A DNA stretch of 63,756 nt, counting the filler, from Reclinomonas americana ATCC 50394 (lineage: Eukaryota): the NCBI GenBank assembly GCA_048213135.1. It is 4 parts of 3 records of this genome, joined end to end, with 100 filler letters (N's around TTAATTAATTAA, not from the genome) between each part and the next. Parts side by side here need not be neighbours in the genome. Positions count along the whole stretch, not along the records: positions 29,012 to 40,547 come from PS015115.1; positions 40,648 to 61,837 come from PS015116.1; 2 more parts are not named here. One strand, written 5' to 3'. Both the position numbers and the translations under genes were made by a program. Below the pieces are notes generated by a model, which saw only the letters and a program-made list of their open reading frames with translations, made no database searches and had not been told where the DNA came from. Position 1 is the stretch's first letter; the number at the start of each line of letters is the position of its first letter. Shown here in pieces: positions 38,480-50,949 of this stretch.

Positions 38480-39295
38480 AGTGACGAAGGATCGTGAACA
38501 AGAGAAATGCTGATCACTCATTGACTCGCCTGTTGGAGGTCTCAGAAATCGGAAGGCGCGGGTTGGACACAGGTTTCTCTCCAACAAAAAAATACGTATG
38601 CATGCTCAAACTCATCGCCATATTCGCACACGCGCACAGTCTCGCACACAATGCCCTCAAGAGAGTGAGCTAGCATCCAACGACAACAGTTCATTCACCA
38701 ACAAACAATTTGCAAGCAACTGACCTTCCACTTCCTCTTCAAGCGTGGAACTTCCTCCACATCCCTCATTACAACAATCAGCAGCATCTTCTTCAACATC
38801 AACTCAGATTACTTCCTCCGGAACCGCAGAGCTTGTCAGAGAGGAGAGTAGCGAACACTGTTACGTAATTAGTCGCGATATCGATCGAGGATACCCTGAT
38901 CATGACGATTGTGTCCTCTTCTTTCGGTTCGCTTCTGTTGGCTTCCTCTCTTCGGAGAGAAAGCCACCTGGTCGGTACTCAGCTGCGGTGATCACGGGGC
39001 TCTCTGAAGTCGTAGACGAAGAGTACATGTACACGAAGCGGACAAGTTCGCCAAATTGCAATCGATATTCCCGATATCGATATCTCAAGAAATCGAGCCT
39101 TGTAACGGACACCAAACGCCAAAGCGCTTTCCTGCACGTCTAATGCGCCATTCTAACCGGGGCTGGATAGAGAGGGCTTTCTGTCCACAAAATGCATGCA
39201 TGCGCAAATGTCCCAACTCGAATGACTCATCTCGCCAAATTCAACCGAACACACGCGCACGCACGCACGCACACTCTCACCGCAAGTGAGACACC

Positions 39296-39577
39296 ATGGG
39301 CTGCTCCGCGAGCACCCCGCTCTCTCGACGAGCCTCGCGCACACACCCTTCCTCTTCTGCTTCTTCAAGTTTGGAACCTCCTCCTCTTCCCTCATTACAG
39401 CAACAACAATCAACAGCAACTTTAACTTCAACAGCAAAGTCGTCATTGTTATCGACGAAGCGCGTGGCGAGTGCAAGGCGGCTTAATGGGAGTGAGCAGG
39501 GCGGAGATGAGTTGCAGGGGTTGCCGGTGTTGAGTGGTGAGTGTGTGTGTGAGAGAGAAGAAGAAGGGAGTGTGTGT

Positions 39578-39608
<31 letters not shown>

Positions 39609-39693
39609 GGAGAGAGAGTGTGTGTGTGTGTGTTCTTCTGAGATGAGAGAGATTGTTTGTGAGGAGATGAGACTTTGGAACACACACACTGAT

Positions 39694-39788
<95 letters not shown>

Positions 39789-42038
39789 AGAGAGAGNNNN
39801 NNNNNNNNNNNNNNNNNNNNNNNNNNNNNNNNNNNNNNNNNNNNNNNNNNNNNNNNNNNNNNNNNNNNNNNNNNNNNNNNNNNNNNNNNNNNNNNNNNNN
39901 NNNNNNNNNNNNNNNNNNNNNNNNNNNNNNNNNNNNNNNNNNNNNNNNNNNNNNNNNNNNNNNNNNNNNNNNNNNNNNNNNNNNNNNNNNNNNNNNNNNN
40001 NNNCTTCTCCCTTCCCCCTTCTCCCCTTCTCCCCTTTCACCTTCTCCCCTTCTGACCCCCCTTTGCCTCCCCACAGAATCCTCCAGCAAACTCGCCTGGC
40101 AAATCTCCTCGGACCCCGCACTCAAACTCCCTCACTTTCTCGGCGTCTCACCCTCCTCCACCACCACCGTCGTCCCAACGACCGCCGCACCGCCCGCGCC
40201 TCCACGACCATCCCTCCAACCTGGGCTGCGCAAACTGGCGCTGCCGAGCGGCCCGCCACCAGGGGCCATGCTGTCGCTTCGCGGCGGCGTGGTGGCGGCC
40301 ACCACACTCTCACCGCTGGTGCTGACGCCATCGACCATGGTGCAACTGGCCGGCCACACGCCAGTGGACTCGAGCGACATGATCACCGTGGACAGTGACG
40401 ACGACGACGAGGAGGAAGAGGAAGACGAGGACCCAGGCATCATGGAGGACGACGATGACTGCGCGAGTGATATGGCCATGAGCGGTCTCGCCACACTCTC
40501 GCCTCCGCCGCTGCAGCCACCACACGCCATGTCGCCGCCGCCGAGGCNNNNNNNNNNNNNNNNNNNNNNNNNNNNNNNNNNNNNNNNNNNNTTAATTAAT
40601 TAANNNNNNNNNNNNNNNNNNNNNNNNNNNNNNNNNNNNNNNNNNNNGCCTCCTCCACCACCTCCGTCCCGTCGGCCAAGAAGCGCACCTGTCGACCAGG
40701 TGATCGACTGCGTCCGCGTGGCGTGTTCTCGGCCGACACACCAGAGGAGGTGGGTCGCTTGCGAGGTGAGCCGTTGCCAATCAAGTTCGAGCGATACAGC
40801 TGGCGAGCCTCGACGGTGGCCGTGGCCCAGTTGGCCGGCAACCCCGCCCAATCCTTTTGCTGCACGGCGGCACTCTGTCCGCCACTCAATTTCGACGACG
40901 GCAACTTGGTGGTGCGCGTCGAGGCGTACGGCGAGCGGCTGGCGAGACCGATGGAAGGAGGAGGTGACTGTGAAGAGGACGGTGGTGGTGGCAGAGACGG
41001 CAATGGCGGCGGCTCCCATTCATCCTGGCGTTGGGGAGCGTCGACATAGGCCCGCTGCCGCACACCGGCCGTCGGTGGCGAGGAGGGTGGCAGCGGTGGG
41101 GGCGAGAGCGCTTGTANNNNNNNNNNNNNNNNNNNNNNNNNNNNNNNNNNNNNNNNNNNNNNNNNNNNNNNNNNNNNNNNNNNNNNNNNNNNNNNNNNNN
41201 NNNNNNNNNNNNNNNNNNNNNNNNNNNNNNNNNNNNNNNNNNNNNNNNNNNNNNNNNNNNNNNNNNNNNNNNNNNNNNNNNNNNNNNNNNNNNNNNNNNN
41301 NNNNNNNNNNNNNNNNNNNNNNNNNNNNNNNNNNNNNNNNNNNNNNNNNNNNNNNNNNNNNNNNNNNNNNNNNNNNNNNNNNNNNNNNNNNNNNNNNNNN
41401 NNNNNNNNNNNNNNNNNNNNNNNNNNNNNNNNNNNNNNNNNNNNNNNNNNNNNNNNNNNNNNNNNNNNNNNNNNNNNNNNNNNNNNNNNNNNNNNNNNNN
41501 NNGGCGGCGGCGGAGAAGAAGCGAGTCGATCCGACCCCACCGTCACCACTCGGATTACCGCCACTCCCACCACCGCTGCCTTCTGTCCCGTCGTCGTCGT
41601 CTTCAGCAGGAACACTCACTGGCGGCGCTGTGCGAGCGAGCGCGGCACGATACAACGGTCATCATGCGACTCCCGCTTCACCACAGCAGTCGGCACGCAG
41701 CGGCGACGATGCCAGTCGCACTCACGCAGCGGTTGCGGCCGAGGTGGAGCGCGCCATGCGATCACTCGTCGAATCCACCAGCATCTCCTCGGCAATGGCC
41801 ACTGCGGCAGCGGCGGCAGCGGCAGCGGCGGCCTCCGATTGGGATATGCCCGTGGGTGATGACGAGTTGAACGACGTGCCTCCGGAGGTTGTGCCGTCGG
41901 TTCGTGTCTGTGTGTGTGTGTGTGTGTTTATGTATCTCTCGCCGTAGACTCCCACCGTGACCCACCGATTATGTGTCTCGCTGCTTCCTCCTCATTTGTG
42001 GATCGAGAGGGGACCTTCCTCCCATCATCAGCTTACTT

Positions 42039-42123
<85 letters not shown>

Positions 42124-42198
42124 NNNNNNNNNNNNNNNNNNNNNNNNNNNNNNNNNNNNNNNNNNNNNNNNNNNNNNNNNNNNNNNNNNNNNNNNNNN

Positions 42199-42235
<37 letters not shown>

Positions 42236-43246
42236 GGCTGCTTGCCTCTCTATCTCCCTCGTCGCACAGACGCACGCACTCTCTCTCTCTCTCGTTCTCA
42301 CTTCCTCTCTCTCTCTCTCTGCCCCACGCTCTCTCTCTCTCTCTTTCCCTCTCTATTCTCCCACACTCATCCCCTTCTCTCCTCTCTCGCACAGGGCCAC
42401 GTCGGCCCCGCTCAAGCGCACCGCCAACAAGACCGGGTTTGGCGAGCTCGCTGCCGCTGTGCGTCGTTCGCCAGTGCCGCGCAAAGCCGCCCACCCGCCA
42501 TCCATGCAGCCGTCGACGCCGAGAAAGACCGTAATGTTGCGTTGTGATTGTCCTCATGAGCAAATGTGTGCTTCTGTGTAAGCTCACTTCGCGCCTCACC
42601 AGACCGTCGTCGATCAAGACCGTCGCTTCATCCACCGATAGCGACGCACCGCTGCGCAAGAGTAGCCTCAAGAAGACCAGGCAAGTCCTGCCGCCATGTT
42701 TTTCTTCTGTTGCATTCTTATTCGTTACTGACTCTCTCTCTCTCTCTCTTCTTCGCTTTTGTCTTTTCTTCTTCTCGCTTCTCCTCTCTTCCCCTTCTTA
42801 TCTGTTCTCTTGTCTTCACTTGGCTTCTCTTGTCATCACCTCTCTATCTCTCTCACACATCCCATCTTATCTTCACTCTCTCCTCTCGTCTCTTCCTCTC
42901 TCCCTTGTTCTTCTCTCTCCTCTTCTCGCCCCTTGTCTGTTCTTCTCTGTCCTGTTCTCATCTCATCTCTTCTCCTCTCTTCCTCTCTCCCTTGTTCTCT
43001 TCTCTTCCTCCCTTCTCCTTCTCCTCCCTTCTCCTTCTCCCCTCTCCTCTCCTCCCTTCTCCCTTCTCCTCTCTTCTCCTTCCCCTTCACCCGCACAGCC
43101 GCAAGGGATCGAGCTCCGTACGCTGGAACACCACCTCCGAGGTGGTCCTGTTTACGAATCTGTCTGCGCCCGACGCCCCCGCACAGATGGAGTTGTGGCC
43201 ACTGAACGATGCGGTCTTGTCGCTCCCGGCCGAGCCAGAGAGATGA
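39296..43246 (+). CDS. Low-complexity protein with an N-acylation signal (MGCSAS) and candidate PP1-docking motifs; includes inverted block 40648-41116
   Basis: ATG 39296 reads MGCSASTP. The frame is continuous once 40648-41116 is flipped. The C-terminus LRKSSLKKTS|RKGSSSVRWNTTSEVVLF is reached via a GC-AG intron at 42681-43098. The exon joins around 41900-42395 are unresolved. Confidence 0.6.
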
Positions 43247-43342
43247 TCGAACTTCTTTGTTGTGACGACAATGGACAGAGAGACATCGCTCATGTTATAT
43301 ATGTTCTTTTTAGTCTTCATTAGTCGTTTGTAGGAAAATGTT

Positions 43343-46300
43343 TCAGCCAGTGTTGAGCCGGCGGGGAGCCTGTCGTCTCCACGCCCGCTGCAGGACGTCG
43401 TCCAAACTGGAGGTGTCAACGGGCTTGATGAGGGTGACATCTACGAGTGACAAGTCGAGTCGATCGCTGCTGTCGACCTCGTTGTCTGGTCGTTGTTTGC
43501 CGAGTAGGTCGTCGCCGGACATCAGGGCCACCAGTGGCCACTGTAGGTGACTGTTGTACTCGACGCGCTGCTCAAACGTCGCGCGGGCCATGGCAATGGC
43601 CTGCGTGCCGTTCAGACGTTTCATGTGCTCGTCGGTGAGGATCAGGTCGGGCATTTCCGTGACGCCACCACTGCCGCTGCCGCCACTCGCGTCGCCAACA
43701 ATCGAGCGAATGTGCTCCACCAACTCGTCGCCGTCGCAGAGCACGTGTATTTGCAGGTCGAAGGTGCCGTGATTGGCAAGAACTCGATGCAGCAGGCGGC
43801 GAATCATCTGTGTGAGGAGCGGTGAGTGGTGGCTGGCAGGCGAAAATGGATGTTACTCCCTCACTAACACACCGCATTGTCCTCGACCAGGCACACAGAC
43901 AATCGCGGCCGCACAGTGTGGGCATGCGAACAATCGGCTGGTGCCGACAACGATCGCGCAAGGTCGTCGAGGCCACCGCGGTAGCGAGGTCTCGGGACCA
44001 CCGCCAGTCGCTCACCACGGCTGCGATGTCGGCGCAGTAGGTGCGGATGGCTGCGGTTGCTGTGGTGGCAGTGGGAGAGGTGCATCGGCAGGCGAAAGTG
44101 CCCGGCACTGAAAACCTCGTCCAGCGAGTGCATCGTGTACATCGTCTCGCTGGAGGCCACCATGGACAGAACTGGCGCCACATGCATTGTTGCTGCTGAC
44201 ACAGCAGAGGAGGCGGACGCGCCGGTCGGCGAACCCCTCTCCGACGCCGACGAGGCGCCGGAGTGTGACGAGTGCGAGTTGGACGAAAAACTCGTGTTCT
44301 CGGCCGACTTGGAGCGCACCAGATGCGGTTTGCGGAACGACTTGCTGGTCGTCGACCGCGCGACCACCGAAGGACTCCTCGGTTCGTCGGACTCGGCCGT
44401 GTATGGCACCGTGAAGCCGATTGTCGTGCCCTTGCCCAACTTGCTGGCGACCGACAGCCGTCCGTGCCACAAGCTGACAAATTGCTCCACCAGTCCGAGA
44501 CCTGCGTGCGTACTCATCAGTCGGACGAAGCGAAGAGGGCGGTGGAGAGGAGCAGGTCGAAAAAAAAGTACTCACCAATGCCGGTTCCCTGGTACTCGCG
44601 GTTGCTCGTGTTGCTGCCCTGGCGGAACGGTATGAACACCGTGTCGAGTTCACTTTGTGGGATGCCTCGGCCCTGCATCGCACATCAGCAACGGAGTCCG
44701 TCAACTTGAACCACTACTGCGTACTCACCGAATCCTCGACTTCGACCACCAACTCGTGAGTGTGCTTCGTGTTGCTGCTGTCGGCCTGCTCCCTTTGCAC
44801 ATGCGGGCGAATGCTGACGCGCACCTCCACGAATCCCTTGTCAGTGACTGTTCGGGAGAGGAGACAGAGGGATAAGCCCATTGCGCACGACGAATGCGGT
44901 GTGCGCAGGTCGGCGCCGGCAGAAAAAATGTGCGCAACATTTCAGCGCGTTCGACAACAGGTTGAGGAGGACTTGGCGCAACCGCAGCGAGTCGAGCATC
45001 ATCATGCGCGGCACGCTGTTGGCAATGTGGCAGCGCAGATGCAAGCCCTTGACTCGTGCCATGCCCTGCATGCACTCGATGCAGGAGCGCACATCGTCAC
45101 GGACCGATGTCAGCGTCTCGTGGAGGCCGGGTGTGCTCGAGCCGGTCTTGCTCTGTGACGCAAACACAGACTACTACTTAGTATCAATGCACAGATGCTC
45201 TTCACACGCATATTTCCTCGGCCCTTCTCACCTGCTTCATCAGCGACAGCAGGTCTGACACAATGTCCAGCATCTGCCGAAGAATGTGAGTTTGGCGACG
45301 AAACAGTCGCCTGCGAACTGCCGCGTTCACTCACCACCCGTGCACTGGACTTGATGTTGCGAAACATCTCGGCGTCGTCGGGCGACAGGCGGCACTCATC
45401 CAGCAAGTCCAATGAGGCCATGATTCCAAAAAGCGGATTTCGCAGCTCGTGCGACATGTGCGCCAGCAGCTCCTCCTGGCCGCGATTGGAGCGCAGCAGG
45501 TTGCCGACGGTGTCCTTGGTGAATGCCACACACGCCGAGTTGTAGATGCTCAACACGACAATGGTGACCAAAAGCGCCGCCGTCCACAGCTGTGTGTGTT
45601 TGTGCGACGACGATGATGAGGCGCAAAAAGCATGCAACTACGACAAGAAGCGGAAACGCACCATGTCTCCATGCAGTTGCACACAGACAGTGACGCCAGT
45701 GCTGAGAACGACGTAGGTGTGCACGAGTACAGAGGCGGCTCCACATCGCACCAGTGGTCCCAATTGGAGCATCAGGGGCAGGCTGAACACCCTACATAGT
45801 TGGAGGAGGAAAGAATGAGATGCTGGGTGATTCGGACATGTCCACATTTGCACTCACCAAACAGGAAATCCAGTGGGCACAAGCAGTCGCAGAGTGTGAG
45901 CCACCAACGCAGCGACCACAAGAATGAATGTGGAATGGCGTCGAAACCACTGCGCGACACCATCAGAGAGGAGGGTCAGGGTACAAAAACGGAAACAAGC
46001 ATGAGCAAGTTTTTGGAGGAACGAGAAGATGCGACGACAAACGGAACTGTGTGGGCGTGTATGATGCCTCTGGCGCAGGTGCGTGTGCAGCTGTTGGCAG
46101 CACACCGCAGCCCAGTTGCAGAGGAGGCAGTGGACACGAAGCTGCTCGCGGTGCTGCTGCTGTTTCCCGAGTACACAGAGGTACTCGTGCTCGCGGATCC
46201 AGCTACACTGCTGCCACAGCAGCTGGCGCTGGCCGAGGCCGTTGCCGAGACACTGGCGCTGCCACTGCCCATCGAGTCGGTCACTGACATGGATGATGCG

Positions 46301-47245
46301 GCGGAGGAGGAGGCCGCCTGCACCGACGGCGTCATCGTCAGCGGGTCGCTCATGGTACTACAGGTCGACATGGAGGCGGAGCTGAAAGAGCCCAGTGTGT
46401 CGGACCGCGCGATTGCGCTGGCACTGGCGCTGACTACGGTGGCGTTGACAGACTCCATGTCGACGAGGCTAGAGGCGGAAAGTGAAGCCGACGCCTCGGC
46501 ACAGGCGTGCACTGCGGCTCCAAGAGAATTCGAACTGTCTTGCCGGATTCTCTGGTTGCTGGCCGATCGTCGGCGACCTCCCTTGGCTCGGGAGGCTGAC
46601 GATCGCGAGTGTCTGCGTGCACGAGGGGTTAAGAAGCAGAGAGAGAGAGAGGGCAAGCGCTGTGTGGCCCCTACACACTCACCCGGCTTCGGGCGTGGTG
46701 GTGTCACTCGTTCGCGGGAGCAAATCCGGTGGCGGCAGCGAGGCGAGAATCCCAATGGTGACCATGGCCAGCAGCAGGCACCACACAACGTACGCCGCAG
46801 GGACGTAGAAAAACGCGTGAATGGCGAGGCTGGCACTGAGCAGCGGGAGCGCCATGGCGGAGAGGACTCTGTGGCAACTGATGAGCACCGATCCGAACAC
46901 AAAGGAACGGACAAACCAAATGAGGAGAGGCAACTCACCGCGTGATCTTGCACTGGGGGAGCAACTCAGTGGCGGGTTGAAGCATGGCGGCGGCCACCAC
47001 CGATGATTGCGATGCCGCCCTGTCCTCCATGATCCGCGGCTGTGCTTGTTGACGCTCTGGTGTGGCACGTGATGTTCGGCGCAGTCAGTTTTTTGATCAG
47101 TGAGAGAGTGGTCTCCGCGCGTCAAGAGTGTGTGAAAGATCAGTGTGAGCGTGTGTGTGTTTTTTGTGCGATCGAGGTTGCCGTATGAAGAAGAAAGGGA
47201 GAAACTTGTTTGCGCAACAAAGTTGCCTCGACAGGAATCATGCAT
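43343..47245 (-). CDS. Membrane-bound hybrid histidine kinase (TM segments, HisKA, HATPase_c, receiver); start uncertain
   Basis: H-box LAHMSHELRNPLFGI, N-box RLRQVLLNLLSNALK|FT, G1 VEDS|GRGI, F-box VFIPFRQ, G2 YQGTGIG|L and SKLGKGTTIGF. Receiver LVEDNA|MIR...PDLILTDEHM...LIKPV. Confidence 0.93.
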
Positions 47246-48032
47246 TTTTGTGGACCACCATGCCCACAATTATGTGCACGTGACCCCACGGTTGCCACTG
47301 TGGGATGCGATGCACTCCTTTCCCGTGTCAGACAAGAAGATGCACAGGGCGATGGTGGGGAGTGTGGTGGAGGAGAGGTGGGGAGAGAGAGAAAGAGAGA
47401 GTGTGCGTGTGAGTGTAGTTTGTGCGAAGCGCAGCACTGTAAAACACAGCGGACAACAACGGCAACCAACAGTGTGATGTTCGTTGCGAGTGTGCAAGAG
47501 AGAGTGCATTGTGAGTTGCGTGTGCAGGGGAGTGTACGGGCACGCAACGAGTCTGCTCTCGTCCAATCGATGTGAAGCAGAAAAACCGTTCTGCTACAAT
47601 TAATTGCCTAATTGAGCGTTGTTGATCGTCCTGCCGTCGTGTTGTCATGACGCGTGTGTGAGATGGTGACTTGGACCAGCGCACATGTGGTGGCCACCAT
47701 GGTGGGGGTCGCTGGTGGTGCGAGCGGGAGGACATCGCAGTTTGTTCATTTGTTGTGGGTTCCAATTCATTGTGCCTCGTTAATTCCAATTAAACAATGT
47801 TGTGCCTAATAAAGTCACAAAGAGAACAGCAATAACAGTTGACCTCCTGAACCAGGCAAGCATAGTCCACAGAGTAAAGAAGGCGCACCAGCGCCCCCTC
47901 TGGCTAGATTCGTGGTCGCGCGCAAGGCCGGCGAAGAATCATCGCGCACAACGTAATCTTTTGTGAAGGTGGGGCAAATTAGCACCCACCACCAATTATT
48001 AACCGACACCGACACCCACTCACCGACTCGTC

Positions 48033-50899
48033 TCACCGATCGGGGAACCGGTGCATGAACTGCTTGGCGTGCTGCAGTGTGTCCACACGATGCACGAGGA
48101 TGCTGTCGTCCGTCACCGACTCCTCGTACATGTGACCGGGGGCCTCGTGGAAGCGCAGATCGGGCACGAAACGCACAGGGATGTTGTTGGTCACCAGTTG
48201 GAACGGCAGCGTGCAGTCATCGTGCCCGGTGCGCTCCTCAAAGGGCACCGACAGTGCGGCCAGCCACTCCACCAGATCCCACGAGAGGAAGAGGCCCCAC
48301 CCCAGCACGTACTCGTACACCACGTGATGTCGCAGCGCCGTCCCATGTGCGCCCCACAACAGTCGCTGTGAAGGCAGCTCGGCCAGCGCACGCTCCATGG
48401 CGACGGTGCGCAGGAAAATGTCGGGATCGCACTTGGCCACCACCCGAATGGTGGAGCCGCGATAGTGCGTGGCGACCGCCGCAAACCAGTCAAAAATCTT
48501 GCCCGAGTTCACGTTCTCCCGCGTGTCCAAAAAGAGCAGACTGGCTCCGTCGTGCACCTCGTATTCCTCATGCAGTGCTCTCGCCTGCGCGCGTGTCACC
48601 GGCCGACCCAGCACGTACACGATTTGCACGGTGCCGCGAGGATTCTCCGTGGGGTGATACACGTTGGGGTAGCGCGCCCACGTCACGCGAATGCGATTGC
48701 GATCGGCGACTCGGTCGGCCACCGAGAACACACCGAGCAGAGTGCGCACGTGGGTGCCGGCTGCCGGTGGCGGATGCTGGCGGATAAAGTCGACGACTTG
48801 ATCGCGCGTGAGCAACTCGTCGGCGGTGGCCTGCACTCGCGCATCACGCTGCATGTCCAGACCGGGTGGACACGGCACGGCGTAGAAGCGTGGCAGTGAA
48901 AAGCGCGTGGCGTACTTGCGCCACGGAAAGGGGCCGGGTGGTGGTACGGCAGCTGTGTGCTCGGGTGCCAAATGCGCAGGCAGTGGTGGGGGAAGGCCGC
49001 CGCCCGCCGGTGGGTCCATCTGCCGTGAGAAGTGAGGGATGAAGGGGAGAGGGGGCGTGGAGACGGGGAGTCAACGCAACCCAAAAGAATGATGAGATCA
49101 ACTGCAGGGAGGGGGAAGGTGAGGAGAAAGAGAGAGAGGGATAGAGTGTGGAGAGAGACACACAGACCTCGGAGTGCTGATGAACCCACGCGGAAGCCGC
49201 CTGAAAGTACCTCTCGCGCTCCGGCTCCAGAGACCACCAGTCAAGGAGAGCGCGTGGTGAGACGTCCTCTGCTCACAATCAATGTCAGACGGGGGAGAAT
49301 ATGGGAAAGGAGGGAGAATAGGGGATTGAAGGGGAAAAGGGGGAGGGAGGAGGGAAGGGAGGGAAGGGGGTAAGAGGGAAGAGAGGCAGGGGGAGAGGGG
49401 AGGAGGGAGGTGGGAACGAGGGGAGGAGGGGAGGAGAGGTGGAGAGAAGGAGTGAGAAGGGAGAGGGAGGGAAGGAGGAGGGGAGGAGGGAAGGAAGGAG
49501 GGGAAAGAAGGGAGGGGAAGGAAGCAAGACAAAAGCGAAAAAGGGAACAACAGAAGGAGGGGTGACAATGGGATAAGAGTGAGAGAAAGAAAGGAAGGTA
49601 GAAGATGAATAGTTTGCTGTGTGAGAGGAAAAGCAGCCAGAGATAGACAGTCGGAGAGAGAGAGACTGAGAGGAAGAGGGGAAGAAGAAAGAAGAGAGTG
49701 AGAGAATGAAGGAAGACAACAACAGTGTGCGAACGAGATAACAGACAACGAGAACAGATAGAAACAGAGAGAGAATGCGAGAGATAGAAGGGAAGAGGTA
49801 ATGCGAGCGGATGGAAAATGTGGTTACGCAACTCAATTCCCGCACATGCACATCGCCCGGTCGCGCCATGAGCGGCACCAGTCCCTGATTGCTTGCCGCC
49901 GACTCATCGTCCTCGGCTGCGGGAAACCCCAGCAGCAGTCCCTTGCGAAGATACTCGGTGTCTCTGTCGCCCTCCGCCATGGACAACTGCGCAAGGAGGA
50001 GAAGATCAGCGCAAAGTGCATGGGAAGAACGGAAAGACAAAAGAGGCTGCACCTCTGGCACGCCCTCGACAAGCTGGTCGACAATGGCGCGGGCAATGGC
50101 GCGAGTGAATGAGAGTGGAATGCCGAGTTTCATGGCGAAGCGGACCGCTGGGCAACAAAGGGAAGCAAAGGGGGAAGGGGTGGGAAGGGGAAGGATGAGG
50201 AGAAGCGAGGGGGATGGGAGGCAGAATCGCAGGCAAGCTGAGCACCATGCGATCCCAGACAGAGAATGCGTGCAAGCGAGGATGGAGGGGAAAAGAGGGA
50301 GGGAATGAGGAGAGTGAGACTAACTGGAGAGAATACACAATGAGAGTGAACGCGGAAAGAATGAGAGACAAAAGGCAAACAAAGAACCACAAAAATGAGA
50401 GTTGAGATGCAGTGAGTGTGAGACAGAGAGAAGAGGAGAGAGAGAGAGACTGGAGGAGGGAGGGACTACAGAGATAATAAATGAAGAAGATTGACTTGAG
50501 AGAACGCACAGAGAGAGAGAGAGAGCGCGCGTTAAGGTGACGCCTAAAGACGCCTAAGGCGGCATGTACTGAGAGAATGCATGCATGCAACGTGTGTGTG
50601 TGTGTGTGAGAGTTGCAGTTTCTTATGTGTGTGTCTCTCTCTCTTTCCTCTCCACCCACTCACCCACAGCATTCGCATCAAAACCATCCTCTCGCACCGA
50701 CACACTATACACTTTGCCACCTGCAAAGAGCGACACAGCGCGTGTCTTTACTGCAGATTCCTGTGAGTGAGAGAGACAGAGTGAGAGACTGAGACACACA
50801 CTCAAAGGAGAGAGAAGAGCATTGACTCACTGTGGAACATGCGCCTGTGCAGATGAGACAGAGCAGCAGCACAAAAAGCAGCGATACTGCTCTCGACAT
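48033..50899 (-). CDS. GT31 (beta-1,3-galactosyltransferase-like) glycosyltransferase, copy A
   Basis: Hydrophobic N-terminus from ATG 50899 and four short exons. The large last exon contains LLGVFS...RNRIRVTW, ENVNSGKIFDWF, the DxD motif VAKCDPDIFL, LSWDLVEWL and GHDD. Confidence 0.85.
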
Positions 50900-50949
50900 T
50901 GAGAGAATATTCAAATCTCTTCTCTCTCATTGCAATTTCGTTGTTTTTT

